Shown piece by piece: positions 21,182-30,313 of a DNA stretch of 64,000 nucleotides. Below the pieces are notes generated by a model. The model was given only the letters and a program-made list of their open reading frames with translations. It was not told the DNA's origin and searched no databases. The translations under genes and the position numbers were made by a program. The stretch spans positions 177,588 to 241,587 of the forward strand of contig JAZNYF010000006.1 in assembly GCA_045594285.1 (NCBI GenBank), in the 5' to 3' direction. The stretch comes from Christensenellaceae bacterium (GTDB taxonomy: Bacteria; Bacillota; Clostridia; Christensenellales; Borkfalkiaceae). Within the stretch, counting starts at the first letter, position 1. Each line of letters begins with the position of its first letter.

Positions 21182-21260
21182 TACTTTCTCCGTTAAATCG
21201 ATCATCTTTTTTTATTGTAACACAAACACGACTTAAAAAGCAAATAAATATAGCCGTGTA

Positions 21261-21300
21261 AAAAATGAAAAGAGACCTAACTCAGTCTCTTTTCATTTTA
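21261..21300. terminator. Rho-independent terminator (12-bp stem)
   Basis: ATGAAAAGAGAC / GTCTCTTTTCAT at 21265-21276 / 21285-21296, with flanking A/T runs. Confidence 0.7.
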
Positions 21301-21363
21301 ATCAATTTTTTAACTAGGCTATGGAACAATGAACGGTTGATGAAAAAGGGCGATTAAAAAACC

Positions 21364-21431
21364 AAGAAAGACAAGGCAAAGCGCGTAGGCAATAGTTTAC
21401 ATATTGTCAAGCGCTTTAACGCCGTATTGCG
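21364..21431. repeat. Structured intergenic repeat, type B, copy 1
   Basis: AAGACAAGGCAAAGCGCG-TAGGCAATAGTTTACATATTGTCAA-GCGCTTTAACGCCGTATTGCG. Stem AAAGCGC/GCGCTTT at 21378-21384 / 21411-21417. Near-copy at 28671-28745. Confidence 0.75.
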
Positions 21432-21497
21432 TAAGTTTTTTGGCGAACTTTATCGACCGTTTTTTGCGACAGAGCCTTTAACTATATAAAAGAAGTT

Positions 21498-22499
21498 TTA
21501 TAAACTACTCTTTAACTGTTGTAATTTTTCTTTAGGCAGTATTCCGCTTACTGAATCAGGTGCGGATAAGCAACTGATCGCAACAAGGTTAGCAAACGAT
21601 AAAATTTCACTATCGGTATATCCTTGATAGATTGCGTACAGTGAACCTGCGCAGAAAGCATCGCCCGCACCAACGCTACCCTTAATAAACCCTTTGGGGA
21701 GTTTAAGTGAGTTAACAACCGTGTAAGTGCCACTCTTATCCAAGCAACAGCCCTTTTCTGGGCAGTGAATAATAACTTTTTCTTTAACGCCAAACGCGAA
21801 AAGTTTTTTTGCAATTTGCTCTAATGCACTGTCGATTAAACATCCCTTTTCATCACGCGGAGAAATGCCTACGATTTGCCCCGCTTCAATTTCGTTAATG
21901 ATGACGTAATCACAATAAGGGAGCGCTGCGGATGCAACTTTTAAGAAGTTACCACTTGATTCGCTAACTAAATCGATAGAAGTTTTAATGCCGATATCTT
22001 GCGCTTTTTTAAGGAAGTTACTCATAGGAGTAGTACCATCGGCGTTAAGTTTATCAAACGCGTCAAGGAGCATAATATAGCCCGCGTGCAAGATTTTGCA
22101 GTTTAACTTTTCTAATTCAACGTCGTCGGGACAAAACTCAGCGTTAGCGCCGCGGTTGTGGAAGAAAGTTCTTTCCCCCGTGCCAGATACGGTAATAACG
22201 TCAGAATAACTAGTGGGCGCGGTTTTAGAAACCTTAACACCGTCTACGTTTATTCCAACCTTTTTCATTTCTCCAACTACGTATTCGCCTTTATAGTCGT
22301 CGCCAACCCTACCAAAGACAGAAATTTCCATACCCGTATCAACTTTTTTGATATCAATAGCGGTATTAGGAACGCATCCGCCTACGGCAAGTGATTCGCT
22401 GGTAATGGTTGCAAGCATACCCTTTTCGGGATAAACGCCCACCATTTTAACGTTGTCGGTAAGGATATTACCGGCAAGCGCAATACCTTTTCTTTCCAT
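21498..22499 (-). CDS. PfkB-family carbohydrate kinase
   Basis: 333 aa with C-terminal GAGDAFCAG and the ribokinase-like fold pattern. Confidence 0.8.
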   Translation of the reverse strand: MERKGIALAGNILTDNVKMVGVYPEKGMLATITSESLAVGGCVPNTAIDIKKVDTGMEISVFGRVGDDYKGEYVVGEMKKVGINVDGVKVSKTAPTSYSDVITVSGTGERTFFHNRGANAEFCPDDVELEKLNCKILHAGYIMLLDAFDKLNADGTTPMSNFLKKAQDIGIKTSIDLVSESSGNFLKVASAALPYCDYVIINEIEAGQIVGISPRDEKGCLIDSALEQIAKKLFAFGVKEKVIIHCPEKGCCLDKSGTYTVVNSLKLPKGFIKGSVGAGDAFCAGSLYAIYQGYTDSEILSFANLVAISCLSAPDSVSGILPKEKLQQLKSSL

Positions 22500-22501
22500 A
22501 A

Positions 22502-23719
22502 TTACACCCTTATTTCTTTTCCGCTTTTATCAGCGCAGTATTCAACGATTTCCGGGATAGATTTACCTTCAGCAATCATAGCGTAAAGTTCTTCGATAAG
22601 GCTAACCCTTTCACCAGTGTAAGCGCAGTATTTTTCAAGCGCTGCTCTCACACCGTTTTCTTTAGTAAAGGTAGCAACTTCTACGCTGCTTGCATCACTG
22701 TCAGGCTTAAAGTGAAGCCCAGCCGCAACGCCCAAGCACAAATATTCGCAAGGAAGATTGTGCTTTTCACAAAGATTAATTGCACCGATAAGTCTATCGT
22801 TTGAACCGAGTTTTCTAATGGTATCTCTACCAACACGCTCTACCGTATCACCGAGTTCAACGTTCTTAAATCTAAAAAGAAGATTTTCCGCGTGAGAGAT
22901 AAGAAAGTCTATTTCCGCGCCGTTTTCTTTAGCAACGGCAGTTGCTGATTGAACAAGCGCTTTTGATGCAACGTACTTAATATCAAAATCCGCAACGGCT
23001 TCGTAAATATAGGTATAAGAACGGAGCGCGCCGAGATATGCGCAAGTTGCGTGGCTCATGTTGTGCATAAAGAGTTTTCTTTGAATAAAGAGATTAAACG
23101 GAGCGTAAGGATAAAGGTTTTTAACTTCGGGGATTTCACCCTTGAAAGCATCCTTGTCTACGGGAAGAATATTATACGGTTCAACGTATACGCGCAAGGG
23201 ATTGCCTTGCTTTTTTTCTTCGGGAACAACGGGTACCATTCTGCCGATACTTGCTTCAACAAAACCGATTTCCTTATCAATTCTATCAGCATATTCGGGG
23301 ATTTGGTCTTTGATTAAACCTTTAAGGAAAGCATCCGCGCCGATTAAGTTTTCACAAATAATGATGTTAAAGGGCTTTGCGTTTCTTTCAAAGCGTTTTT
23401 TCAAGCCGAGTGCAATAGGTTTTGCAATAAACTTTAAAACGTTTACGCCGATAGCGGTTGCCATAACGTCAGCGCTTGCAATTTCTTCTGAAACGAGTTC
23501 AATGTCTGTGCCGTCGATACCGTAAGCATTTTCAACGATATCTTCGACCAAACCGTCGTTAGAAACTATGTCTACGGGATAGCATTTGTCAGCGTTTAAT
23601 CTTGCGATAACTTCTTTGTTGATATCTACAAAACCAACCGAATAACCGCTTTTAGAGAACAATTGACCGATAAAACCACGGCCGATATTCCCCGCTCCGT
23701 ACATTACGAATTTTTTCAT
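22502..23719 (-). CDS. Mannitol dehydrogenase family oxidoreductase (mannitol-1-phosphate 5-dehydrogenase-like)
   Basis: N-terminus MKKFVMYGAGNIGRGFIGQLF matches the MtlD signature GAGNIGRGFIG. Start trimmed to the ATG at 23717-23719, preceded by AAGGTGA. Confidence 0.75.
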   Translation of the reverse strand: MKKFVMYGAGNIGRGFIGQLFSKSGYSVGFVDINKEVIARLNADKCYPVDIVSNDGLVEDIVENAYGIDGTDIELVSEEIASADVMATAIGVNVLKFIAKPIALGLKKRFERNAKPFNIIICENLIGADAFLKGLIKDQIPEYADRIDKEIGFVEASIGRMVPVVPEEKKQGNPLRVYVEPYNILPVDKDAFKGEIPEVKNLYPYAPFNLFIQRKLFMHNMSHATCAYLGALRSYTYIYEAVADFDIKYVASKALVQSATAVAKENGAEIDFLISHAENLLFRFKNVELGDTVERVGRDTIRKLGSNDRLIGAINLCEKHNLPCEYLCLGVAAGLHFKPDSDASSVEVATFTKENGVRAALEKYCAYTGERVSLIEELYAMIAEGKSIPEIVEYCADKSGKEIRV

Positions 23720-23745
23720 TTTTATCACCTTGTTTGTCCTAAAAA

Positions 23746-24690
23746 CTAGTTCATTTCAGGTGCTAAAGGACCTGCAAGTTCTTTAAGGAAGAATAATTTT
23801 CCAGGGATAGTGGGAATGAATGAAGAAGTTACAAATCTAGTGGGTTTATAACGCAAAGTCATCCATAAACTCATACCTTGCCATTGCATACCGCGGCCGA
23901 GCGCACCGTCAGCACCGCCGATAGCGTAGTCAGCCTTAAACATAAGACCAGGTCCGATAGTGTTTGCTCTACAAGGAACGAGTGAAGTTCTTGACTTAAA
24001 TGAAGTGAGCGCGTTTTGTTCGATAGTGATAGGATGAAGTTTTGCACCTAATCTATAGGGTTGTTCAATCCATTCAGCATCGCTCTTGAATTCGCTGCCG
24101 AATTGGGGTTCCCAGAACGCGATATGACACATTCTACCGATACCGTAAACGAGAACGAGTTTTGCGCCTTCTTTCTTTAAGCCCATAATCTTTTCAGGAT
24201 AAGTGGGAAGATTATCTTTAGTAGCAAAGTTTCTGTGGTCCTTAGGAACGGTGAGTTCGCCAAGCGGATTGTAGAAAGCCTTTTCCATAGCGTTTTGGAA
24301 AGATGCTTCGCCAGTGATGGTGTTGCCTTCGCCGTCTGCCCATTCGTCCATATTAAAGCACCATACGTTTTTGCAACTTACGTTCCATTCTTTAAGGAAG
24401 TAAACAGCCCATTTATACATACCCATAGGACCTACGGGAAGAATAAACGCAATTTTTTGATTGTTTTCGTTTGCTTTTTTGATTTCGTTAGCGATTTCGT
24501 GTCCCATCTTAACGTCAAATTCAGCAACGTTATCACAAGAAATAGGGGTAAAATCTTTATTCCAGAAATCTTGCTTTTCAGTAATTGATTCGGGTGCGTT
24601 TGCACAGCACGCGTCAATCTTTTCAAAATCCCATCCTTCAGGATAGAAACCTTCTAATAAACTACCTTTTACTGTTGAATTAAAATCCAT
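23746..24690 (-). CDS. Glucosamine-6-phosphate deaminase/isomerase (NagB) superfamily protein
   Basis: [12 protein letters not shown] and FNMDEWADG resemble the NagB LPTGxTP and FNMDEY blocks. The protein is longer and divergent, so the substrate is unknown. Confidence 0.55.
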   Translation of the reverse strand: MDFNSTVKGSLLEGFYPEGWDFEKIDACCANAPESITEKQDFWNKDFTPISCDNVAEFDVKMGHEIANEIKKANENNQKIAFILPVGPMGMYKWAVYFLKEWNVSCKNVWCFNMDEWADGEGNTITGEASFQNAMEKAFYNPLGELTVPKDHRNFATKDNLPTYPEKIMGLKKEGAKLVLVYGIGRMCHIAFWEPQFGSEFKSDAEWIEQPYRLGAKLHPITIEQNALTSFKSRTSLVPCRANTIGPGLMFKADYAIGGADGALGRGMQWQGMSLWMTLRYKPTRFVTSSFIPTIPGKLFFLKELAGPLAPEMN

Positions 24691-24726
24691 TTTTGTTCTC
24701 CTTTTAGAGTTTTTATGTTAATTTTT

Positions 24727-25737
24727 TTATTTTTCGTTATAAACTTTGTCCACAATTTCTTGAACGTGAACGGCTTTATCGGCGTAAGAATAATCAATAT
24801 CACCCTTTTTGATATGTTCGCAGAAGTTGTTGATTTGCTTTAAGTAAAGGTTTCCATTTCCACCGTTATACGTAACTGGTTCACTAGTTACGCGGCTTTG
24901 TGCTGCATCGTAATCGCCTTGAGGAGCGTAAAGGTGCGCCATTTCACCCACTTCTTCTTGGGCTAGCGTGCCTTTTGCAATTATATAACCTTTAGAGCCG
25001 TAAATTTCAAGTTTGCTTTCAGACGCCGCATCGGGAATATTGAAGTTTACGTCAATATGACCGAGCGTGCCTTTCTTTGTCTTGAAAATAACGACTGCGC
25101 CGTCTTCAACTTCGTAAGAGAAAGTCTTTGTAGAATACATCGCTTTAGCGTCAATAATTTCATCATCCAAGATATATTCAGCAAGTTCGATACAGTGAAC
25201 TCCAAGGTCCATAATAGCGCCGCCGCCACCGAGCGCCTTATTTTGTCTCCAAGCACCTTTAATGTCGGGATACCAGCAAGTGAATTGCAAACGAACGCTA
25301 TTAGCATCGCCAATTCCGCCTTCTTTTATAATCTCGCGAGCCTTTTCGTGAAGATTATGATACTTCATCATATATCCAACGAAGATAAGTTTGCCCGCTT
25401 TTTTGAATGCGTCAACTAATTCTTTGCCTTGCTTAGAATCAAGCGCAACGGGTTTTTCAATAAACACGTGTTTGCCGTACTTTAACGCAAGCATAGCCTG
25501 TTCGTAATGACAAAATACGGGCGTGCCGATATAAACCGCATCGCAATCACATTCTTTTAACATTTGTTCTGCATCGGTATATGCGGGAACGCTATATTTT
25601 TCACCAAGCGACTTGCAAAGTGCTTCCGCTTTTTCCATAATAGCAACAAGTTTGTTGTTATCGTCGCTAAGAAGTGCAGGGATAGTTCTTCTATCAGCAA
25701 TACCGCCCGCGCCGATTACACACCATTTAATACTCAT
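24727..25737 (-). CDS. Gfo/Idh/MocA family oxidoreductase
   Basis: N-terminal Rossmann motif IKWCVIGAGGIADRR and the EKP motif (VFIEKPVAL). Confidence 0.85.
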   Translation of the reverse strand: MSIKWCVIGAGGIADRRTIPALLSDDNNKLVAIMEKAEALCKSLGEKYSVPAYTDAEQMLKECDCDAVYIGTPVFCHYEQAMLALKYGKHVFIEKPVALDSKQGKELVDAFKKAGKLIFVGYMMKYHNLHEKAREIIKEGGIGDANSVRLQFTCWYPDIKGAWRQNKALGGGGAIMDLGVHCIELAEYILDDEIIDAKAMYSTKTFSYEVEDGAVVIFKTKKGTLGHIDVNFNIPDAASESKLEIYGSKGYIIAKGTLAQEEVGEMAHLYAPQGDYDAAQSRVTSEPVTYNGGNGNLYLKQINNFCEHIKKGDIDYSYADKAVHVQEIVDKVYNEK

Positions 25738-25763
25738 AATTCTCTCCTTATCTTTCCTTTAAT

Positions 25764-26486
25764 TTAGGGTAAAAGTCTTTTAGTTGTTCCTTTTAAGTAT
25801 ACTTGACATTGAGTAAAGCCTTCAGCGTAGTCCGCACCGCATTGATAACCGCGATAGCGTGAACAAGTTTTAACCATGTCGGCAAAATCAATGTGGTCAT
25901 GATCTCTCATCCATACGATTTGGCTTTCATGACAATTAAGCATTTTAATCTTAAGGTCGATAGTATCGGTAATATCAACGTACATAGTCGGGTTAAAGTT
26001 TACGCCCGCCAAAGAGTCCATATAATAGATAGGAACGAGTTTTGCTCTATCACCTTTTTTGCTATAAGTGAGTTTATCACACTCGTAACTAGGACAAGTT
26101 GCAGCAAAACTTGCGTCGAACACTAAGCGTGAAACTGAAACGTGTTCGGGCATATAGTCGTCGGGAGTATGGGTTATAATAAGGTCGGGGTTAGCGTATC
26201 TGATAACGTCAACCATCTTATCTCTAGATTCCTTATTGTTTTCATAAACGTCAAGGTCGTTAAAACCACCCCAAATAACTTCAATACCAGCAAGTGCGCC
26301 AGCATTTTTTGCTTCCTTTGCGCGCATAATAGCAAGTTCTTTGGGTTTAATAATTTCATGCCCCTTATCGCCGTTGCATGCGTGGCAAACGATAACAGTA
26401 TCGCCCCTTTGAACGCACTTAGCAAGAGTGCCTGAACAAGCAATTTCAATATCATCTGGATGTGCACCTATTGCAAGAATTCTCAT
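25764..26486 (-). CDS. PIG-L/LmbE family N-acetylglucosaminyl deacetylase
   Basis: MRILAIGAHPDDIEI plus a downstream HTPDD-type motif. Confidence 0.8.
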   Translation of the reverse strand: MRILAIGAHPDDIEIACSGTLAKCVQRGDTVIVCHACNGDKGHEIIKPKELAIMRAKEAKNAGALAGIEVIWGGFNDLDVYENNKESRDKMVDVIRYANPDLIITHTPDDYMPEHVSVSRLVFDASFAATCPSYECDKLTYSKKGDRAKLVPIYYMDSLAGVNFNPTMYVDITDTIDLKIKMLNCHESQIVWMRDHDHIDFADMVKTCSRYRGYQCGADYAEGFTQCQVYLKGTTKRLLP

Positions 26487-26582
26487 AAAAATACTCCTAT
26501 TATCTCATTTTTATTATATTCTATAATAACTAAATATAAATTACAATGGTTTTAAGTATACAAAAAGAGTAAAATAATCTAC

Positions 26583-26611
26583 TTGACAAAAATAAAATAT
26601 TGCAGTATACT
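26583..26611 (+). promoter_or_regulatory. Sigma-70 type promoter of the AraC regulator, giving a leaderless mRNA
   Basis: TTGACA (26583-26588), 17-nt spacer, TATACT (26606-26611). The ATG at 26618 lies 7 nt after the -10 and has no SD sequence. Confidence 0.6.
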
Positions 26612-26617
26612 CTAATT

Positions 26618-27496
26618 ATGAAAAAGTTTTTTAAGCATAAAATTAAAAGTTTTCTACTCGTTAACAAAGTGGTTGTTATCCACTATTTAGAACCAAAAAA
26701 ACGCTTTTATTTTCCTACTGAAAAGCATGATTTTTGGGAAATTATGTGTGCGGTTAAAGGAAAGGCAAGTTGCACTGCGGATGAAAAGATTATTACCTTA
26801 AACGAAGGCGAAATCTTTTTTCATAAACCTAATGAAAGCCACTCTTTAACGGTTGATGATTATGAAAATGCGGGCGTATTCGTTATGTCTTTTGAATGCG
26901 GGTCTGAGTCCATGCGCTTTTTCTCTGATAGAAAGATAAAACTCTCTAATAGGCAGATGAAGTATATTAAAGAGATTATCGAGATTGCAAAACGTACTTA
27001 CGATATTACTTTTTACGATTTAGAAACGGATATCATGCACCTTCTTCCCCACCCAACTTTGGGGGGCGAACAGTTGATAAAAAATTATCTTGAAACCTTG
27101 CTTATTGACGTAATGCGCTCTATGACCGAAACTGAAGACGGCAACGCGGTGTTCTTACAAGAAACGGAAATAAATAATAAACTTGCGGAAGAAATTATTA
27201 AAATTCTAAAGGCAAACCTTAACAATAGGCTGACTATTGAAGATATAAGCAAGGCTATAAATTATAGCAAGGCCTACGTGTTCCGCCAGTTTAAGGCTGC
27301 TACTAATAAGAGCGTTATGGAATACTATTTAGAACTTAAAATTAAACGCTCTAAAGAACTTTTAGAAGAAAACACTCTTTCTATTAGAGAAATATCCGAG
27401 CAACTTTGCTTTGATACCCCTAACTATTTTTCTAAAACCTTCAAAAAACTAATAGGCATTACGCCGACTGAATACAAAAAACGCGTTCAAGCATAG
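26618..27496 (+). CDS. AraC family transcriptional regulator (cupin sensor domain plus a 2x HTH domain)
   Basis: C-terminal HTH_18 pattern (IEDISKAINYSKAYVFRQFK..SIREISEQLCFDTPNYFSKTFKKLIGITPTEYKK). Start trimmed to the ATG at 26618. Confidence 0.85.
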   Translation: MKKFFKHKIKSFLLVNKVVVIHYLEPKKRFYFPTEKHDFWEIMCAVKGKASCTADEKIITLNEGEIFFHKPNESHSLTVDDYENAGVFVMSFECGSESMRFFSDRKIKLSNRQMKYIKEIIEIAKRTYDITFYDLETDIMHLLPHPTLGGEQLIKNYLETLLIDVMRSMTETEDGNAVFLQETEINNKLAEEIIKILKANLNNRLTIEDISKAINYSKAYVFRQFKAATNKSVMEYYLELKIKRSKELLEENTLSIREISEQLCFDTPNYFSKTFKKLIGITPTEYKKRVQA

Positions 27497-27527
27497 AACG
27501 CGTTTTTATTTGTTTATCCTAATTTAA

Positions 27528-28547
27528 TTAGAACGTTACGCCCAAAAGATTTTGCGCTATTGAGAATACAATAGGCAAAGTTACAAGCGCCATTATGTAT
27601 GAAACGAAACAGTTTTTTGCTCCTTCCGTGCTGTCTATACCAACAGATTCTGGGTACACAACCGTGTTCATACCAACAGGCATTGATACGGCAAGAATTG
27701 AAAGGAAAGCAATTCTACTAAACAATTCACCACTCCAACCGCAAAGGTGAATAATAAAGAATATTCCACCAACGATTGCGGGATAGATAAGAAGTCTTAT
27801 TAAACCGATTAAATAAGGTCTTAATGAAGTGAAAAGTTTACCAAAAGGCACGCTTGCAAGCACTGCACCGGTAATCAACATTGCGGGCGCGCTTTGGCAG
27901 TTTGCCGCGGGAGTTACGAGTTTAGTTAAGAACTTAGGAATTTCAAAACCTAATCCGCTTGATAAAAGCCCTAAAGCAACACCAACGTAAACACCTATCA
28001 TAGGCGGACAGTAAAGGAAAGAAATTTTCTTTATAAAACTTACGTTTTCTTCCTTCTTTATCAAGCCGTTTGCTTGTTCGGGTGTTTGCGTTAAAACGTG
28101 ATAGCCGTACGAATAGATTGCAACACACATAGGCACACAGAACAAAATCATCAACGCTTTTGCTTGAGCACCAAAAATACCGTCAACTAACGGATATCCA
28201 AAATACCCTATGTTGCCAAAAGCAAACGTATATATAAACACGTTTCTATGATACTTGTCCTTTGATAACGCGCGTGAAAACGGAATTGCCAAAAATATTG
28301 CCACAAAAGTAATGAGCACACCAAAAAGCAGCATAATCAAATACTTTTCAATATCTTGAACGTTTACGACTGAAGATAAACTTATAATAGAGTAAGCAGG
28401 CGCGAAAAGGTTAACTAAAAGTTTAGCCAAAACTTTTCTACCGCCGTCGGTAATAATGTTCTTTTTACGGAAAAAGTAACCTATTAAAATAAACGCAATC
28501 AAAATAAATGCTTGCTCGAAGGTTGTTAAAAAAAGTTGAAAATCCAT
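27528..28547 (-). CDS. AEC family permease / membrane transport protein
   Basis: 339 aa, about 10 TM segments; same family architecture as 18950-19930. Confidence 0.65.
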   Translation of the reverse strand: MDFQLFLTTFEQAFILIAFILIGYFFRKKNIITDGGRKVLAKLLVNLFAPAYSIISLSSVVNVQDIEKYLIMLLFGVLITFVAIFLAIPFSRALSKDKYHRNVFIYTFAFGNIGYFGYPLVDGIFGAQAKALMILFCVPMCVAIYSYGYHVLTQTPEQANGLIKKEENVSFIKKISFLYCPPMIGVYVGVALGLLSSGLGFEIPKFLTKLVTPAANCQSAPAMLITGAVLASVPFGKLFTSLRPYLIGLIRLLIYPAIVGGIFFIIHLCGWSGELFSRIAFLSILAVSMPVGMNTVVYPESVGIDSTEGAKNCFVSYIMALVTLPIVFSIAQNLLGVTF

Positions 28548-28573
28548 AATTTGCCTTATAGTTTACATAAAAT

Positions 28574-28597
28574 CACAGCCGAAAATCTTCGGCTGTG
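28574..28597 (-). terminator. Hairpin (10-bp stem) between the YjbQ-like gene and the permease; terminator or attenuator
   Basis: CACAGCCGAA / TTCGGCTGTG. The U-tract on the minus strand is only moderate (AUUUUAU). Confidence 0.5.
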
Positions 28598-28670
28598 AAG
28601 TTTATTTTTTATTTGTCAAAACCATTTTTCTTGATTTTGAACTGATAATTATGCATAAAAATAGTTGTCA

Positions 28671-28745
28671 AACGCAAGCAAGACAAGGCAAAGTCCGAAG
28701 GTAATAGTATACATATTGACAAGGACTTTAACAAAGTATTGCGCC
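28671..28745. repeat. Structured intergenic repeat, type B, copy 2
   Basis: AAGACAAGGCAAAGTCCG-AAGGTAATAGTATACATATTGACAA-GGACTTTAACAAAGTATTGCG. Stem AAAGTCC/GGACTTT at 28690-28696 / 28733-28739, compensatory relative to copy 1. Confidence 0.75.
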
Positions 28746-28768
28746 GTGTTTCACAAGTATTTTACTTA

Positions 28769-29395
28769 TTATCTCTTCCATTGAATGTCGTAGTGAACGT
28801 CATAACCCTTTTCTTCAGGAGTGAACTTACGGGTAGTGGTATCAACTACTTCACCATTGTTGTATTTTCTGTCGTTAATCTTTTCTTGAGTAGTACCCAT
28901 AACGGTTACGTTAAGTTGACGATGACGTGCACGAACTTGGTCCCAGTCAATGAAGTAAACGTGAGCGAATTCACCACCGTCTAAAACGCCGTCTTTCAAG
29001 GTCATGGTTTCGCTTCTGCCGAAGAATACTGAACGAAGGTGACCATCGGTGTTAAGAGAAGTTCTATCACCAGGTTCGTTTACGTATCTACCGAATTGAG
29101 CGTGGATAGGACCGGGGTGCATATATTCGTTAGTTTCAGAATAATCGGGAACGAGTTTTTGCATGATCTTTAAGATATCGTGTTGGAGATATTCTAAGTC
29201 ATACTTGTCGAAGTCGTGTGAGCATTCTTGAATCATAACAGAGCAAGTGGTGTGGTGTGATGCAATAGCAACAGTACCGTTCTTAATGCCTGATTCTGCA
29301 ACGATTTTTAAAACGTCGCTGGTTACGTCGTGGAAAGTAGGTCTCCAACCCTTAGATTGAAGTTCGATTTCCTTTTGAAATACTTTGAATTCCAT
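28769..29395 (-). CDS. YjbQ/UPF0047 family protein (long form)
   Basis: VAIASHHTTCSVMIQE resembles the UPF0047 core motif. At 208 aa it is longer than the canonical ~140 aa. Confidence 0.55.
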   Translation of the reverse strand: MEFKVFQKEIELQSKGWRPTFHDVTSDVLKIVAESGIKNGTVAIASHHTTCSVMIQECSHDFDKYDLEYLQHDILKIMQKLVPDYSETNEYMHPGPIHAQFGRYVNEPGDRTSLNTDGHLRSVFFGRSETMTLKDGVLDGGEFAHVYFIDWDQVRARHRQLNVTVMGTTQEKINDRKYNNGEVVDTTTRKFTPEEKGYDVHYDIQWKR

Positions 29396-29475
29396 AGTAA
29401 TTCTCCTTATAAAATGTTTTTTATTTTTATTTTTTGATTTTTTAAATTTTGCCTAAATATATAACTATTGCTCGT

Positions 29476-29583
29476 CAAGGCAAAGAAACAAGCAAGACAA
29501 GGCTCGCGAAGCGTTTTGGATGAGATTAACCTTTTTGGAATTCGCAAGTCAAAACGCAAAGCAGTAACGCAGTATTGCGCAGT
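29476..29583. repeat. Structured intergenic repeat, type A, copy 2
   Basis: Abuts the stop codon at 29584-29586. Sequence CAAGACAAGGCTCGCGAAGCGTTTTGGATGAGATTAACC..CAAAACGCAAAGCAGTAACGCAGTATTGCG. Stem GCGTTTTG/CAAAACGC at 29511-29518 / 29550-29557. Confidence 0.75.
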
Positions 29584-30288
29584 TTATTTGCCTTGACGTT
29601 CGTCGTACGCCTTACGAACAGCCGCAATCATTTCTTCAGCAAGTGCTAAAGGATTTTCAGCCTTTGCGATTGCTGATGAACAGCCTGATGCTGATGCACC
29701 TGCTTTAATGATGTTATAGCAGTCTTGACCTTTGGTGATACCTGCTGACGGGAAAGGTTTAATTTCGGGGTTAATTTCACGAATAACCTTGATAACTTCG
29801 TCAACGTATTCTTTATCAGCGGGCTTACCAGTACCGATAAGTTCAGTGGGTTCAGCAACTAAGATGTTCGGGCCGAGTTTTGCAATTGCCTTAACTTCTT
29901 CAATAGAGTCAGCGCAAACCATAGTAGCAAGACCTAAATCATCTGCGCGCTTAATAGCCGCTTCAATTTCTTCTAATGTAAGTTTTCTTTCAGCGTGGTT
30001 GAGCATTACGCCAACAGCGCCGGCAGCCTTAACCGCTTCGGGAAGGGTTCTACCCATACCGCGACCAACGGGAATGCTGTCCATATGTTGAGAGTATACG
30101 TGAACTCTCTTAACGTTTTTAGCAACGTTGTAAATTTCAGTATCAGGGATATCTAAAATAACGTCAACGTCGTATTTTTCAGCAAGTTTATCAAGTCCTT
30201 TAGCCATTTCTACGAGCGTTTCGCCGTACATATAGCACTTAGGACCGTATTCAAAGAAGGGTTCAGTAATCTTGTAATTTTTATTCAT
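29584..30288 (-). CDS. Triose-phosphate-isomerase-fold protein (archaeal-type TIM-like)
   Basis: 234 aa. GVMLNHAERKL resembles the LINHSE(R) block of short archaeal-type TIMs, with a later EPTELIGTG. The true substrate is unknown. Confidence 0.5.
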   Translation of the reverse strand: MNKNYKITEPFFEYGPKCYMYGETLVEMAKGLDKLAEKYDVDVILDIPDTEIYNVAKNVKRVHVYSQHMDSIPVGRGMGRTLPEAVKAAGAVGVMLNHAERKLTLEEIEAAIKRADDLGLATMVCADSIEEVKAIAKLGPNILVAEPTELIGTGKPADKEYVDEVIKVIREINPEIKPFPSAGITKGQDCYNIIKAGASASGCSSAIAKAENPLALAEEMIAAVRKAYDERQGK

Positions 30289-30313
30289 AAGTTTTCTCCT
30301 TAAACTTTATATC

